DNA from: a virus
Lineage: Duplodnaviria; Heunggongvirae; Uroviricota; Caudoviricetes
IMG/VR virus record: IMGVR_UViG_3300037851_000345
Span: 1-60,066 of that record
Length of the DNA stretch: 60,066 bases
Reading direction: 5' to 3' (one strand)
Both the position numbers and the translations under genes were made by a program. Shown here in pieces: positions 1-9,528 of the stretch. Each line of letters opens with the position of its first letter. Position 1 is the stretch's first letter. Below the pieces are notes generated by a model. It saw only the letters and a program-made list of their open reading frames with translations, did no database searches and had not been told where the DNA came from.

Positions 1-279
1 AAGGTTTGTCAACTTGTGGTTTACCAAGTCATTTGTTTCATACTTGATGTACTCATTCTCAATCTTAACAATACCCCTGTCCTTAAACAAATTGAGGTTA
101 TCCCCGTAATCGTATTCGATTTCAGTCGAAGTAGGGTCAAGAGTGCTTAAAAGATGCCGAGTTCTCGTAGTCGGGGTCAATTCTAGAGTTTCGTCTAGGT
201 AGAGTTCTACATCCTTCGGAGCAATTTTGAAGTGCGAAGGCAAGTACTTGCTGAGTAAGTTAACAAATTTGATAGACAT
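1..279 (-). CDS. Baseplate wedge protein, gp7-like position (partial, runs off the window)
   Basis: Manual translation MSIKFVNLLSKYLPSHFK...RGIVKIENEYIKYE. ATG directly follows the gp6 stop. Function inferred from synteny. Confidence 0.55.
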   Translation of the reverse strand, partial: MSIKFVNLLSKYLPSHFKIAPKDVELYLDETLELTPTTRTRHLLSTLDPTSTEIEYDYGDNLNLFKDRGIVKIENEYIKYETNDLVNHKLTNL

Positions 280-1782
280 TTACACCGCCGTTAGTGTCAG
301 AAATGTTGCTGTTGCTTTAACAGGAAACTCCGTTTCTTCGCACGAAATATTCTGCGTGGAGTAACTCACATCCGTTGTTCGTCTCATTTGTAAATAACAC
401 CAATCTACACAATCTAATTTCTCAATTTCATAAATCAGGTCGGAGTATTTTACAGTCGAGCCGAGCCTGCCGTAGTCTTTGAGGTAGGTTTCAATGGCTG
501 TCTGAATTTTCGCCCTAGTCGATGAATCCGTAAACCCTGAATACCTCTTGTACTCCACCTTGAACATAATCTCAATCGGGGAAGGAATGATATATTTGCG
601 ATGAACTGTGATGGAGCGTTTCTTCTTGATAAGTTCATCTACTGATTCGTAGTAGGATAAATAGTTCTCTCCGTTTGTTGTAGGCACAAGTGGCCCACCA
701 TCATCAGCCATCAGTAATAGGCCGATAGTGATTTGATTGAACTCCTTGAAGTTGGGTGGGTTTTTGTCCTCTTCAGAGAGAATGTAAACCTCTAGGATAT
801 TGGAGAAGTTTGCATTTATCATTGCCGTTATATCATCGTTAGTAATGGCTCTGTCCCCTGTGGTGTAGTACTTCGGAGCATTGGCACGTATGGATTCTAA
901 GTCTTCGGGGTCTCCGGCATTTAAAAATGAAGAACCCTGTGTAACGTAGAGTGTTACAGGGTTACTTTGTGTGTCGCTGATGGTGTCAAGTAATTGAGTG
1001 ATAGTGCCTTCATTGACGTTGCCGAACTTGCCGATGTTCAAATTGAAAACAAATTTGATGGTGGAACCTGTAGTTGGGATTTTTCCCAACTCTCCATCTC
1101 CGAATACGATACGAATAGCGTAGTCGGAATATTGCTCTGCGTAGTAGTCCGTATCATTGGCTGCGGCATTTACTAACGAATCGATTTCTGTCCACTCCAC
1201 ATCATCCACGTACACTTTCAGACCTGAGTATTCGTATTCCGAGTTCGGCCAGATGGCATCTCCTATGTAATAACTCTTGCTGTCGGAATTAAGAATGAAT
1301 TCCTGATTCTTGGAGCCATCTGAGATGTAGGAGATTTCCTTTTCAGTCCCCTGTACAACCTTGGCCGTGATTTCCGTCTCACCAGCGATAATTTCGTTTT
1401 CAAAGACGGTATAGAACAGAATATTATCTGTCGTGGCTAGGCGGGTTCCTTGTGGAATGACGATGTTGTTGGGTGCTGCATACTTCAGCCACAGCGTGAC
1501 CTCTCCGTGTGAGGGAACTGCTCTCTTGACCTTGTAGTTCAAGAGTTTGATGATTTTGAGCATATTTTCTTTTATCTGCACGGTGTCCAAATAGTTCTCG
1601 TTGGCAAGGACATTGATACGGTAGTTCAACAGATCAGCAACATAAGAGAACATACGAATAAGAGAACTACCTACTCCTGATTCAACCATATCCTTCCATC
1701 CTGGCAGTACTACCAACTTTGCGTTAAGTTCGGCACGGATTGTATCGAAATCGCCTGCTAACATATTGATGCGGTCAGCCAT
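280..1782 (-). CDS. gp6: Baseplate wedge subunit (T4 gp6 / baseplate J-like)
   Basis: DFDTIRAEL N-terminus, IVFGDGELGKIP, EDLESIRANAPKYY...RAITNDD motifs typical of gp6. Confidence 0.9.
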   Translation of the reverse strand: MADRINMLAGDFDTIRAELNAKLVVLPGWKDMVESGVGSSLIRMFSYVADLLNYRINVLANENYLDTVQIKENMLKIIKLLNYKVKRAVPSHGEVTLWLKYAAPNNIVIPQGTRLATTDNILFYTVFENEIIAGETEITAKVVQGTEKEISYISDGSKNQEFILNSDSKSYYIGDAIWPNSEYEYSGLKVYVDDVEWTEIDSLVNAAANDTDYYAEQYSDYAIRIVFGDGELGKIPTTGSTIKFVFNLNIGKFGNVNEGTITQLLDTISDTQSNPVTLYVTQGSSFLNAGDPEDLESIRANAPKYYTTGDRAITNDDITAMINANFSNILEVYILSEEDKNPPNFKEFNQITIGLLLMADDGGPLVPTTNGENYLSYYESVDELIKKKRSITVHRKYIIPSPIEIMFKVEYKRYSGFTDSSTRAKIQTAIETYLKDYGRLGSTVKYSDLIYEIEKLDCVDWCYLQMRRTTDVSYSTQNISCEETEFPVKATATFLTLTAV

Positions 1783-1783
1783 T

Positions 1784-2215
1784 TTATCTTACCTCACTTG
1801 AATTACTTAACAAAAATTCCTCACGAAATAACTGATTAGGTCCCATTACCTTGATACTAAAAACCATGTCTAGTTTTAAAGTACCAACGGGATTGTTGAT
1901 TTCGTATCGGAAGTCAACTATATTTACTCTATTTTCCCATCTCTGCACATCAGAAATCAGCGTCTCCCGTAAAGACTCTACAGTACCAACAGTCAACTGT
2001 TCGAATTGGAACTCATAAATTGAACAACCGAAGTCAATCAAGCCGATAAGTTCCCCCTTTTTTGTATACAGGATATTGCGGATGGATTGCACGATGGCAT
2101 CGTAGTTTGTTACACTTTTCAGGTCCCCTTGAAAGAATTGGAAATTCTTTTGGACGTCCTTGTCGATAACAATACTGTTGTTGTAATAATTGGTTAGTGT
2201 CTTTGCGTCTGCCAT
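1784..2215 (-). CDS. gp25: Baseplate wedge / sheath initiator (gp25 family)
   Basis: AIVQSIRNILYTKKGE...DFGCSI...WENRV matches the GPW/gp25 pattern. Confidence 0.9.
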   Translation of the reverse strand: MADAKTLTNYYNNSIVIDKDVQKNFQFFQGDLKSVTNYDAIVQSIRNILYTKKGELIGLIDFGCSIYEFQFEQLTVGTVESLRETLISDVQRWENRVNIVDFRYEINNPVGTLKLDMVFSIKVMGPNQLFREEFLLSNSSEVR

Positions 2216-2223
2216 GTTTATTC

Positions 2224-2397
2224 TTATTCTGGTGTTATATTAAACCCTTCTATTGTATCTACTGCAATTTTACGAATATAATTTCTAAATTGTTGGTCTA
2301 TTACTTCCCCATCAATAATAAGGTCTGGCTGCTGCCCTGCCGCTTCCTTTACCATTGCCGCAACATCAGATTTAATTTTCGGTTCAAATTTCCCCAT
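2224..2397 (-). CDS. Small hypothetical protein (57 aa, MGKFEPKIKSD...)
   Basis: Manual translation. GAGGGG SD and TAAATA upstream; fills the gap between gp5 and gp25. Confidence 0.55.
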   Translation of the reverse strand: MGKFEPKIKSDVAAMVKEAAGQQPDLIIDGEVIDQQFRNYIRKIAVDTIEGFNITPE

Positions 2398-2416
2398 TTA
2401 TATTACCCCTCTATAT

Positions 2417-4246
2417 TTATCCTTCGCCCTTTGCAGCACCTTCAATATTGATATTTTCATTTGCTCCCATAACAGGAATAGCGTCTAACCCAGTAGTTTT
2501 TAAAATAGATTTTAAAAGTGGTTTAGTATTTACGGCCCAGGCATAAATTTGAGTACAAAAACTTGCAGCAAGTGGAGGAGTTGATGGAGGTGGTGGCACA
2601 GATAATTTATCCACGAGTGTTTTAATTGATACGATTACAGCGTTAAAAGAATCAAAATAATCTTGTGCATCCTTTTTTTCTTTATCGCTTAAAATGGGTA
2701 GCCAACCATTCATTCCCCCTGTAACCTTTGAACCATCACTACTAATAATAGGGGAGCCAAATTTAACCCCCTCATTTGCTTCCGTTGTGCCTTCTCTTGT
2801 TGATAAACCTGTTTCTGTTTGTATCGTTACGCTTTTTCCCGCAATTGAAACACCATCCATCTTCGACCTGATACCGACAGGTCCTAATGAACCCAAAGAT
2901 GCACTACGATTGCCGCCGCACCACAATGACCCATCAGCCTGAATGGAGAGAGACGTATCAACTACTTCGATAGCGCAAGGAACAAATGCACCTTCTCCCG
3001 TTCCACCTGATTGTCTTCCGTAAGCCCTAATCCTGAATGAACCTTCCGTCCAAATACTGAGACCATGCCAACCGACACGAGAAAATTCTAGACCACTTTC
3101 ACCGTAGTTAAAATCAAGCCTCAATCTCTCGTACAAATCATTATCATCCATTTCAATTGTCGATTTTCCATCGTAACTCAGCCAAGTGAACTGCTTGTAG
3201 TATTTGCGATTCTTTATCTTCATTGTTGCAAATGGCGAAGGTTTAATGCGGCAGTAACCTCCCATTTCTTCAGAGTGAATTCCTAATGAATCTTTTGTAT
3301 ATGCTACGCTGAATAATTCGGGGTCGGTATAAATCCACGGAGATGAAGGAATAAATGTCCAACTCTTCGGACTTGCATTTGCGAACATCCCCGCATCAGG
3401 GGCCCAAATATCCTTGTTTAAACAACGGTTGACCGTCCACCACGTCCAACTCTTATATCTTTTCAGGTACGTGCGGCGGATGTTGTCGGGGAATGGGGCT
3501 AACCCCTTCTTTAAATCGGCTTCAGTTATCATCCTCCAGCCACCGTAGATGGCCTTCCAATTCGTAGTATTGGTTCCTGTCTCCCGTAGTTCATACCACG
3601 GATAAACGGCTTGACCTGATGGAAAAGGACAAGCCCCGTAAGCAGGGTCTCTTCCTGTTACCCACAAAAATTCACCCTCTGCAATTTGACTAGTATCAAT
3701 CGGCTCTAATCCTTCAAAGGTTCGTCCCCAAGTGTTTTCCTTTGTCAAAACATCGTAGTGCGAAGATGTATCTTTAAGAATAGTGTGTTTGTCAGTTTCT
3801 ACGGCATTCACAGTACGCAAAGCCGACTTGTAAGTTTCTACGTCAGTAATTGCTGAAAAATTGTACGATGCTTTTCCACCAAGTCCCGTGTACGATGAAG
3901 GCTCTGGAGTTGTAGTTCCTAAGTTTGCCGCAAATTTTTCGTACCCGACATCCGTACCCACATCAAGCCCTGCATAGATTGTGCCTAGATAAATTGGACG
4001 AAAAATATCGCCGCCTTCGAAGAACAGCCAAATCACATCGTTCACGTTTGGATACGTTACTAGGCCATCTCTGAATTGTAACTCGCACCACGGTTGGCTC
4101 TCGTTCGGGATATCGTCCGTCAGCCCGAAAATCAGGATTTGTATCCTGTTGAGACTTATCGGGTCATCTAGGGACACAACCTTGGCACGATAAAAGTTGC
4201 TTCGTTGTGTGTCCTCTAGGGATTTGATGGAATCAATATCAAACAT
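2417..4246 (-). CDS. gp5: Baseplate central spike, gp5/Vgr OB-fold protein
   Basis: YRAKVVSLDDP..LNRIQI...PW...VIWLFFEGGDIFRPIYLG OB fold. No lysozyme domain evident. Confidence 0.8.
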   Translation of the reverse strand: MFDIDSIKSLEDTQRSNFYRAKVVSLDDPISLNRIQILIFGLTDDIPNESQPWCELQFRDGLVTYPNVNDVIWLFFEGGDIFRPIYLGTIYAGLDVGTDVGYEKFAANLGTTTPEPSSYTGLGGKASYNFSAITDVETYKSALRTVNAVETDKHTILKDTSSHYDVLTKENTWGRTFEGLEPIDTSQIAEGEFLWVTGRDPAYGACPFPSGQAVYPWYELRETGTNTTNWKAIYGGWRMITEADLKKGLAPFPDNIRRTYLKRYKSWTWWTVNRCLNKDIWAPDAGMFANASPKSWTFIPSSPWIYTDPELFSVAYTKDSLGIHSEEMGGYCRIKPSPFATMKIKNRKYYKQFTWLSYDGKSTIEMDDNDLYERLRLDFNYGESGLEFSRVGWHGLSIWTEGSFRIRAYGRQSGGTGEGAFVPCAIEVVDTSLSIQADGSLWCGGNRSASLGSLGPVGIRSKMDGVSIAGKSVTIQTETGLSTREGTTEANEGVKFGSPIISSDGSKVTGGMNGWLPILSDKEKKDAQDYFDSFNAVIVSIKTLVDKLSVPPPPSTPPLAASFCTQIYAWAVNTKPLLKSILKTTGLDAIPVMGANENINIEGAAKGEG

Positions 4247-4249
4247 CGT

Positions 4250-5524
4250 TTATTCTCCTACCTTCACGTAATAATCTTCAGGAAGCGTTCCAATCCCGAT
4301 TCTCGTCAACTTCAACAGCAAGGAATCTCCAGGGTAGATGTAGGACATCGACTTCAAGAGCCACCCTCCGTTCAATTCAGACCACGTTTCCATATCGGAG
4401 ATGGGGAATTCCACGCTGACCATTTCCCCGATTGCGAAATCCATCATCTCCGTCAGCATCTTGACTTCAAGTTCCAAGGTAAAGTTGAACATCTGCGAGT
4501 AGTACAGCCTGTCTGCAAACGCCTTTAATCCTAGAGGATTGTCGAGCGGGGTGTAATACGTCTTAACGTTACCTGTTACGAAGTCCTTGGAAAACGGGAT
4601 TGAGATGGCCTGGCCGCCCACGCTTACGGACATCGTTTTCACGTTTGAAACCGTTTCGGGCTTGTCGATGTACTCTGAGTGTTCGATGTATCGGGCATTG
4701 GGTTTGTACCAAATCGAATCGTACTCCTTCTCCAAAAGGTTGAATCCCATCACCTTCTTCTCGTGGCCTGTGATGAAATTGGTGAAGGCGTTGAACGGAG
4801 AAAGCCTGAACTTGGCAACATCGTAGGAATCGCTAAGGTCTGTAATTTGCAAGTGAGGTGTTTTGTCGGTAACGTCAACAAATAACTTACTGACAGGTAC
4901 GAAATTCAATCCCTTGCGATTGATGAAGAACACGAATGCTCCCGTGCCGTCAGGGGTCATGGCATAGTTGCAGAGTTTGCGGATGACCTTCATCGGGTCT
5001 CTACTGTAAGGAATGTAGAGATTGCTGAACCCCTGGTCCTTCAACGGGGCAGTATTTTCAATGTTGATTTTAAAGTCCTTTGTCTCTTCAATTCCCAAAG
5101 TCTCTAGAAAATTCTTCAAGAGGTCTGAAATTTTCTTAACTTCTCCCGTCTTGAAGTAGTGGGATTTTTGGTTCTTCAGGATGGAATCGTAGGTCTTGTC
5201 GATGGCAATAATTTTAAGGGTTTGTGCCGCTACAGGCTTTGGTTCGGCTCCCAAAGACCCTACCGATTTAATCCTAAAACTTTTCTGCGTCATCTTGAAG
5301 CGGTCATTGTCAAATTCTTCGATGATGAGTTCCTCATCCCCGAAAAGGTTTTTGCGAAGCAAGTCATAGGCATTATCCCTTAAATCAAATTCAATTGTGG
5401 GGAACCCTAAGTTGATATCTTCTACGTAGCGAAAGTTTTGAAAATGAAAATCGTCTAGGGAAATCTCGTTCTTGGTTCCTTTGATTTTTATTTTTGGGGA
5501 TTCGCCTAGACCTTGTAATAACAT
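4250..5524 (-). CDS. Baseplate hub protein (gp27-like)
   Basis: Position between gp53 and gp5; C-terminal IGEMVSV...LNGGWLLKSM is typical of hub proteins. Confidence 0.6.
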   Translation of the reverse strand: MLLQGLGESPKIKIKGTKNEISLDDFHFQNFRYVEDINLGFPTIEFDLRDNAYDLLRKNLFGDEELIIEEFDNDRFKMTQKSFRIKSVGSLGAEPKPVAAQTLKIIAIDKTYDSILKNQKSHYFKTGEVKKISDLLKNFLETLGIEETKDFKINIENTAPLKDQGFSNLYIPYSRDPMKVIRKLCNYAMTPDGTGAFVFFINRKGLNFVPVSKLFVDVTDKTPHLQITDLSDSYDVAKFRLSPFNAFTNFITGHEKKVMGFNLLEKEYDSIWYKPNARYIEHSEYIDKPETVSNVKTMSVSVGGQAISIPFSKDFVTGNVKTYYTPLDNPLGLKAFADRLYYSQMFNFTLELEVKMLTEMMDFAIGEMVSVEFPISDMETWSELNGGWLLKSMSYIYPGDSLLLKLTRIGIGTLPEDYYVKVGE

Positions 5525-5910
5525 TAGCGGTATTGTAACCTCTGTCTCTTTTTCTGAAGTGCTATATTGACCTTGGAAAGTGAAGGAACTTCGATTATTT
5601 TTCCAATTTCAAGTTCAAATGGGTCGGTAATTTCATTGAAGCGCAGAACAAGCCAAGCGAGTGTTTCATCACCGTAGGCGATGTAGGCCACCCTGTCAGG
5701 ACGGTACTGCATTTCTTGATTGATGGTGAAGAATTGCGAATCTTCATTTACTCCTTTTTCGATATCCAATTCCATATCCACGTTCTGAAAATAGTTGTTG
5801 TTGGCTTCATCCTTGTATATGATTCCATCCAATTTGGTGTAGGAGTATCGTACTTTGTTGTTGAAAAAATCTAGGATGTTTTTTGTTGTTTTTGTGTATG
5901 TATATTTCAT
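5524..5910 (-). CDS. gp53: Baseplate wedge protein, gp53 / LysM-like
   Basis: RPDRVAYIAYGDETLAWLVLRFNEITDPFELEIGKIIEVP. Start reassigned to ATG 5910. Confidence 0.8.
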   Translation of the reverse strand: MKYTYTKTTKNILDFFNNKVRYSYTKLDGIIYKDEANNNYFQNVDMELDIEKGVNEDSQFFTINQEMQYRPDRVAYIAYGDETLAWLVLRFNEITDPFELEIGKIIEVPSLSKVNIALQKKRQRLQYR

Positions 5911-5911
5911 A

Positions 5912-6664
5912 TTATTTTGATGGCTCCCAAGATTTAAAAATATTTTGTATTTCCTTTCTAGCAATTATTCTCGAAACCATAAAATCAAAATCATATATTC
6001 CAAGAAGAGGTTCAAACCCCATTGAATAAGGTGGTTTGATTTGCATAGTAACATTATTACAAAGACATGGACCAAAGACCATTTTTCCTGTTCCGTATTC
6101 AGCATCAGGTTGCCCATCTTTACTTACAGGAAAATAATGAACCTTTACAATCATGGGGCCAGCACCAACATTAATTCCAGGGCCATATTCTGGAGAAACC
6201 GCTTCTAATATTTTTTGATAATCTGCCATAATTTCGTTATTTGAATTTGCAATTTGAAACATTGAAAGTTTAAACCCAATAGGTTTTGTCCCTTGCCAAT
6301 AATAGGGACTATTTAAAATGAGACTAGATTGTTTTCCTAAACCTAAACCGACATATCCATAAACACCAGCACTACCTTGAAGGGAATCTATAAATCCTTT
6401 AGTCGAAACAACTAATTCATTAAATTGTCCAAGTATTCCTCCTGCTAAATTTAATGAAGAATCAAAATCATTTCTATAATCTATAGTTAGCCCATTTTCA
6501 GAAATAAACCCACACAATCTATGCCAAGGTTCTCCACCAGCACCTGTAACAAGACTATATCCAGACTGTCCTTGTCCTTTTTCAGTTGCTTGTGTATTAT
6601 AAAATTCTATTCTAACATTTGAAGATTTTTTATAATCCGTAATTTCAGAAGGCCAACTTCCCAT
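5912..6664 (-). CDS. Putative baseplate-tube junction protein (gp48/54-like)
   Basis: Synteny between tape measure and gp53; tube-fold-like SPYYWQGTKPIGFKL and FGPCLCNNVTM. Confidence 0.45.
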   Translation of the reverse strand: MGSWPSEITDYKKSSNVRIEFYNTQATEKGQGQSGYSLVTGAGGEPWHRLCGFISENGLTIDYRNDFDSSLNLAGGILGQFNELVVSTKGFIDSLQGSAGVYGYVGLGLGKQSSLILNSPYYWQGTKPIGFKLSMFQIANSNNEIMADYQKILEAVSPEYGPGINVGAGPMIVKVHYFPVSKDGQPDAEYGTGKMVFGPCLCNNVTMQIKPPYSMGFEPLLGIYDFDFMVSRIIARKEIQNIFKSWEPSK

Positions 6665-9241
6665 TTAATATCCTCCACTAAACTGCGTCATCAAAGCATA
6701 CATATTTGTCATTAAAGTATCGGATGGAAAGACACTCTCTTTCTGAGTGAAGTTCCCTGATCCTGGAGTAAGAGATTTTGCAGGGGATGGGGCAATCTTC
6801 CCTTTCTCTTCCGTCTTCTGTTGATTTTTTGTTTCCTTTCTACCCGTTTCCAATTCGCGTTTGATTTCTGTCAAAAGTTTGACCATCTGTTCTGAATTTG
6901 CGGATTCTTTCTTGGCTTCTCCTTGTTGCAAGCCTTTGACTGCTTTGCCAGGTGCATCTTTTGCAAATGCGTAGGACACATCCTTGATTGCTCCTGATGC
7001 CATTTCCGAAACCTTCTTACCCATTTCGGCATACTGCATCATCGCACTAATCGCTTTTGGCTTGTCTACGATAAGTCCTTCGTTCTTGTGGAAATCCAAG
7101 TGGCCTTCTTTTGGAGCGTCCTTGATGTAAGCCCCTTTCTGGGCCTGAATGTGCCAAGTTTCCCATTCACCACTTCTAGTTTTTGCGGCAGGGAATTTGA
7201 AACCGTACTTCTGAATTAACCCTAGCGAAACCATATCAGCCACATCACTAGAATTCATGTCTACGGCTTTAGGGTTCGGCGGTCCGTGAGGCGAACGTCC
7301 AGGCTTTGCTGCACGATTAGGCATTTCCCGATACACTCTCTCTTGTTCTTCAAGACTGCGAAATCCTGAGTTAATTTGCGTTTTCTTACCCGTTAATTTG
7401 AAGCGTTCAGCAATCATCGCTTCCAATCTAGTCTTAAAAGGAAGAGGGGTGATATCAACGGTTGAGTCTTTCAGGACGTACGCACCCTTGATAACTGAAC
7501 TACCATACGTCTTTATATCTTCATCTTGATTCTTCTTTTCGGACTCTGATTTTTTAGGACTGAAGAGGTTCTTGACAGCCGACCCCAACTTCTTGACGGT
7601 CTTATCCACCCCCGGTGCCATCGTGGGGGTTATTCCTGGTGGGAGTACAGAGTCAAATTTTCCCTTTACCTTATCCCATTGGTCTTTATTCAGTACTGCA
7701 TATTTTTCGCCGTCGTGGATGGTGATATTTTCCATTCCCTTTGCTTCACGGAATAAGTCAGTTGTCTTTGAAGGGGTTCCTGTTCCTGCAGTACCTTGGG
7801 CAAAGAATTTTTTTTGTTTTTTTTCTTTAATCTCTACATTTTTCTTTATTATTTCCTGTTCTTCTTTATTGAGTTTATTCCATTTTTCTTTGTCTGCCAT
7901 AAGGGTTTTTAATTTATTACCACGAATTCCTGTTTTTTCCAATATAGATTCTAAACTTGCTCCCATTATCTTTGAATGTTCACTTAATCCTGTTTTCATC
8001 TCACTCATTTTATCATAAAAATCTTGTTTCGGTGAAAGAGAATCTACGAGTTTACCTGTCCACTTGGTTGCTACATCGGTCAATTTATTAAATGATTCAC
8101 GGGAAACCAAACCTAGTGTAAGACCTGAAAGAATTCCGCTTGATAGGTTTTTAGCAACATTGACTATTGCACTATCTGTGCCTTCTTTCTTTGCTACTTT
8201 TCCGAACTCTGATATCCCTGCTGTTAGACCTTTGATACCGCCGATGAGTCCGCTGATGCCTAGACCTGACTTGATAAGTTTCGTTCCAACACCACCCTTC
8301 GTCCCGCCTAGAAATTTTCCCACAGGCGACTTAAAGACCTTTTTTAAAAACTTCGATTTGTTTAAAATTTTGCTGAGTTTTGATGGTTTGGATTTTTTGA
8401 GCAGAGCTTTACCCATTTTCGATTTCTTAAATGCCGTGCCTAACTTCGATTTACCCAAGATAGTAGATAATCCTTCCTTCAAGAAACCAGGCATGATTTT
8501 TCCAAGCAAGCCCGCAATAGCCGCAGCCCCCATCTTTGCTATTTGCATCATCAGTTTGAACTTTTCCCACTTCTGATACCAACTGAAGAATTTTAACTGT
8601 TCTACCAATGCAGTTTGAGTTGCGTTGGCTGTTCTTTTCCCTGATGCTTTTGTATCAAATTGAAATTCATCCCTTTCCCGTTGTTCCTGTTTTCTTGACA
8701 TTCGGGCTGAATCTCCACCTACTGCTTTTACTCCTTCTTCTACAATTTTTCCTGCTGTTTTTCTTTTTGTAGCTGTGGTGGTTGCTTCGGCCTGTTTCTT
8801 GATTTCGTTCATCGTTGTAGAGAATTTGTTGAGTGCCGTGAGCAAGCCAGGGGTAAAAACCTTTTCTAAAGTCTTCGTGAGTTTGTCAGTCTTTTCAGTA
8901 ACGGCCTTGAACCCTCTTTTCTCTAGTTTCTCTTTTTCTTCGGCGGCTTTCGTCTGTTCTTTTTGTAGTTTCTTGTAGTGGTCCCGTTCTGCTTTGATTT
9001 GGTCTTCGAAGATTTGCTTACGAATTCTCATAAGCCGTTGATGTGATTCTAGTTTTTTCTTCAGTTCTTCGGAATTGAAATCCGTTACGATTTTGAGTTT
9101 CTTGTCCTGAAATTTTTTCTCGTTCTTCAAGAACGTGTCGAAACTGCTTTGCAGAGAACTATCTAGGCTTGTTTGTTTCTTTTTCCAAGCCTGATATTCG
9201 TCTGTTGGAATATCTTTTAACGGAATTTGTTGTGGAGCCAT
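6665..9241 (-). CDS. Tape-measure/hub protein with M15-family peptidoglycan peptidase domain
   Basis: Lys-rich coiled coil and Gly/Lys amphipathic region; INSGFRS...AAKPGRSPHG...AVD...ETWH is an M15 Zn-peptidase signature. Confidence 0.7.
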   Translation of the reverse strand: MAPQQIPLKDIPTDEYQAWKKKQTSLDSSLQSSFDTFLKNEKKFQDKKLKIVTDFNSEELKKKLESHQRLMRIRKQIFEDQIKAERDHYKKLQKEQTKAAEEKEKLEKRGFKAVTEKTDKLTKTLEKVFTPGLLTALNKFSTTMNEIKKQAEATTTATKRKTAGKIVEEGVKAVGGDSARMSRKQEQRERDEFQFDTKASGKRTANATQTALVEQLKFFSWYQKWEKFKLMMQIAKMGAAAIAGLLGKIMPGFLKEGLSTILGKSKLGTAFKKSKMGKALLKKSKPSKLSKILNKSKFLKKVFKSPVGKFLGGTKGGVGTKLIKSGLGISGLIGGIKGLTAGISEFGKVAKKEGTDSAIVNVAKNLSSGILSGLTLGLVSRESFNKLTDVATKWTGKLVDSLSPKQDFYDKMSEMKTGLSEHSKIMGASLESILEKTGIRGNKLKTLMADKEKWNKLNKEEQEIIKKNVEIKEKKQKKFFAQGTAGTGTPSKTTDLFREAKGMENITIHDGEKYAVLNKDQWDKVKGKFDSVLPPGITPTMAPGVDKTVKKLGSAVKNLFSPKKSESEKKNQDEDIKTYGSSVIKGAYVLKDSTVDITPLPFKTRLEAMIAERFKLTGKKTQINSGFRSLEEQERVYREMPNRAAKPGRSPHGPPNPKAVDMNSSDVADMVSLGLIQKYGFKFPAAKTRSGEWETWHIQAQKGAYIKDAPKEGHLDFHKNEGLIVDKPKAISAMMQYAEMGKKVSEMASGAIKDVSYAFAKDAPGKAVKGLQQGEAKKESANSEQMVKLLTEIKRELETGRKETKNQQKTEEKGKIAPSPAKSLTPGSGNFTQKESVFPSDTLMTNMYALMTQFSGGY

Positions 9242-9318
9242 ATTTTTAGAATCCTTATCGAACGAACTGAAAGCCTTCGCTACTATTTATTGTTGCGGAC
9301 GTGGTGGTAAAATCAAAT

Positions 9319-9528
9319 TTAGACCAAGCGCTGTTGCTCCTTCGGTTCCTCTGTTTTCTTGGTTTTGTACAGGATATCGAGTAGAATAATCCTGTCGTTA
9401 ATCGATAATTCCAAAATGTCGTTGATGCCGCCTACGTGTCCCAAATAACAGAGGTTAAATATCTCTGTCAGAAGGTCTCTGTAACGTGCAACTAAGAAAT
9501 TGGCATTATATTGTAATCCGAAAAAAGT
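9319..9528 (-). CDS. Start-less ORF, probable frameshift extension of the tail chaperone (gp51/GT-like)
   Basis: 69 open codons beginning at the T6 run at the end of 9506..10444; no start codon near the 5' end. Confidence 0.65.
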   Translation of the reverse strand, partial: TFFGLQYNANFLVARYRDLLTEIFNLCYLGHVGGINDILELSINDRIILLDILYKTKKTEEPKEQQRLV

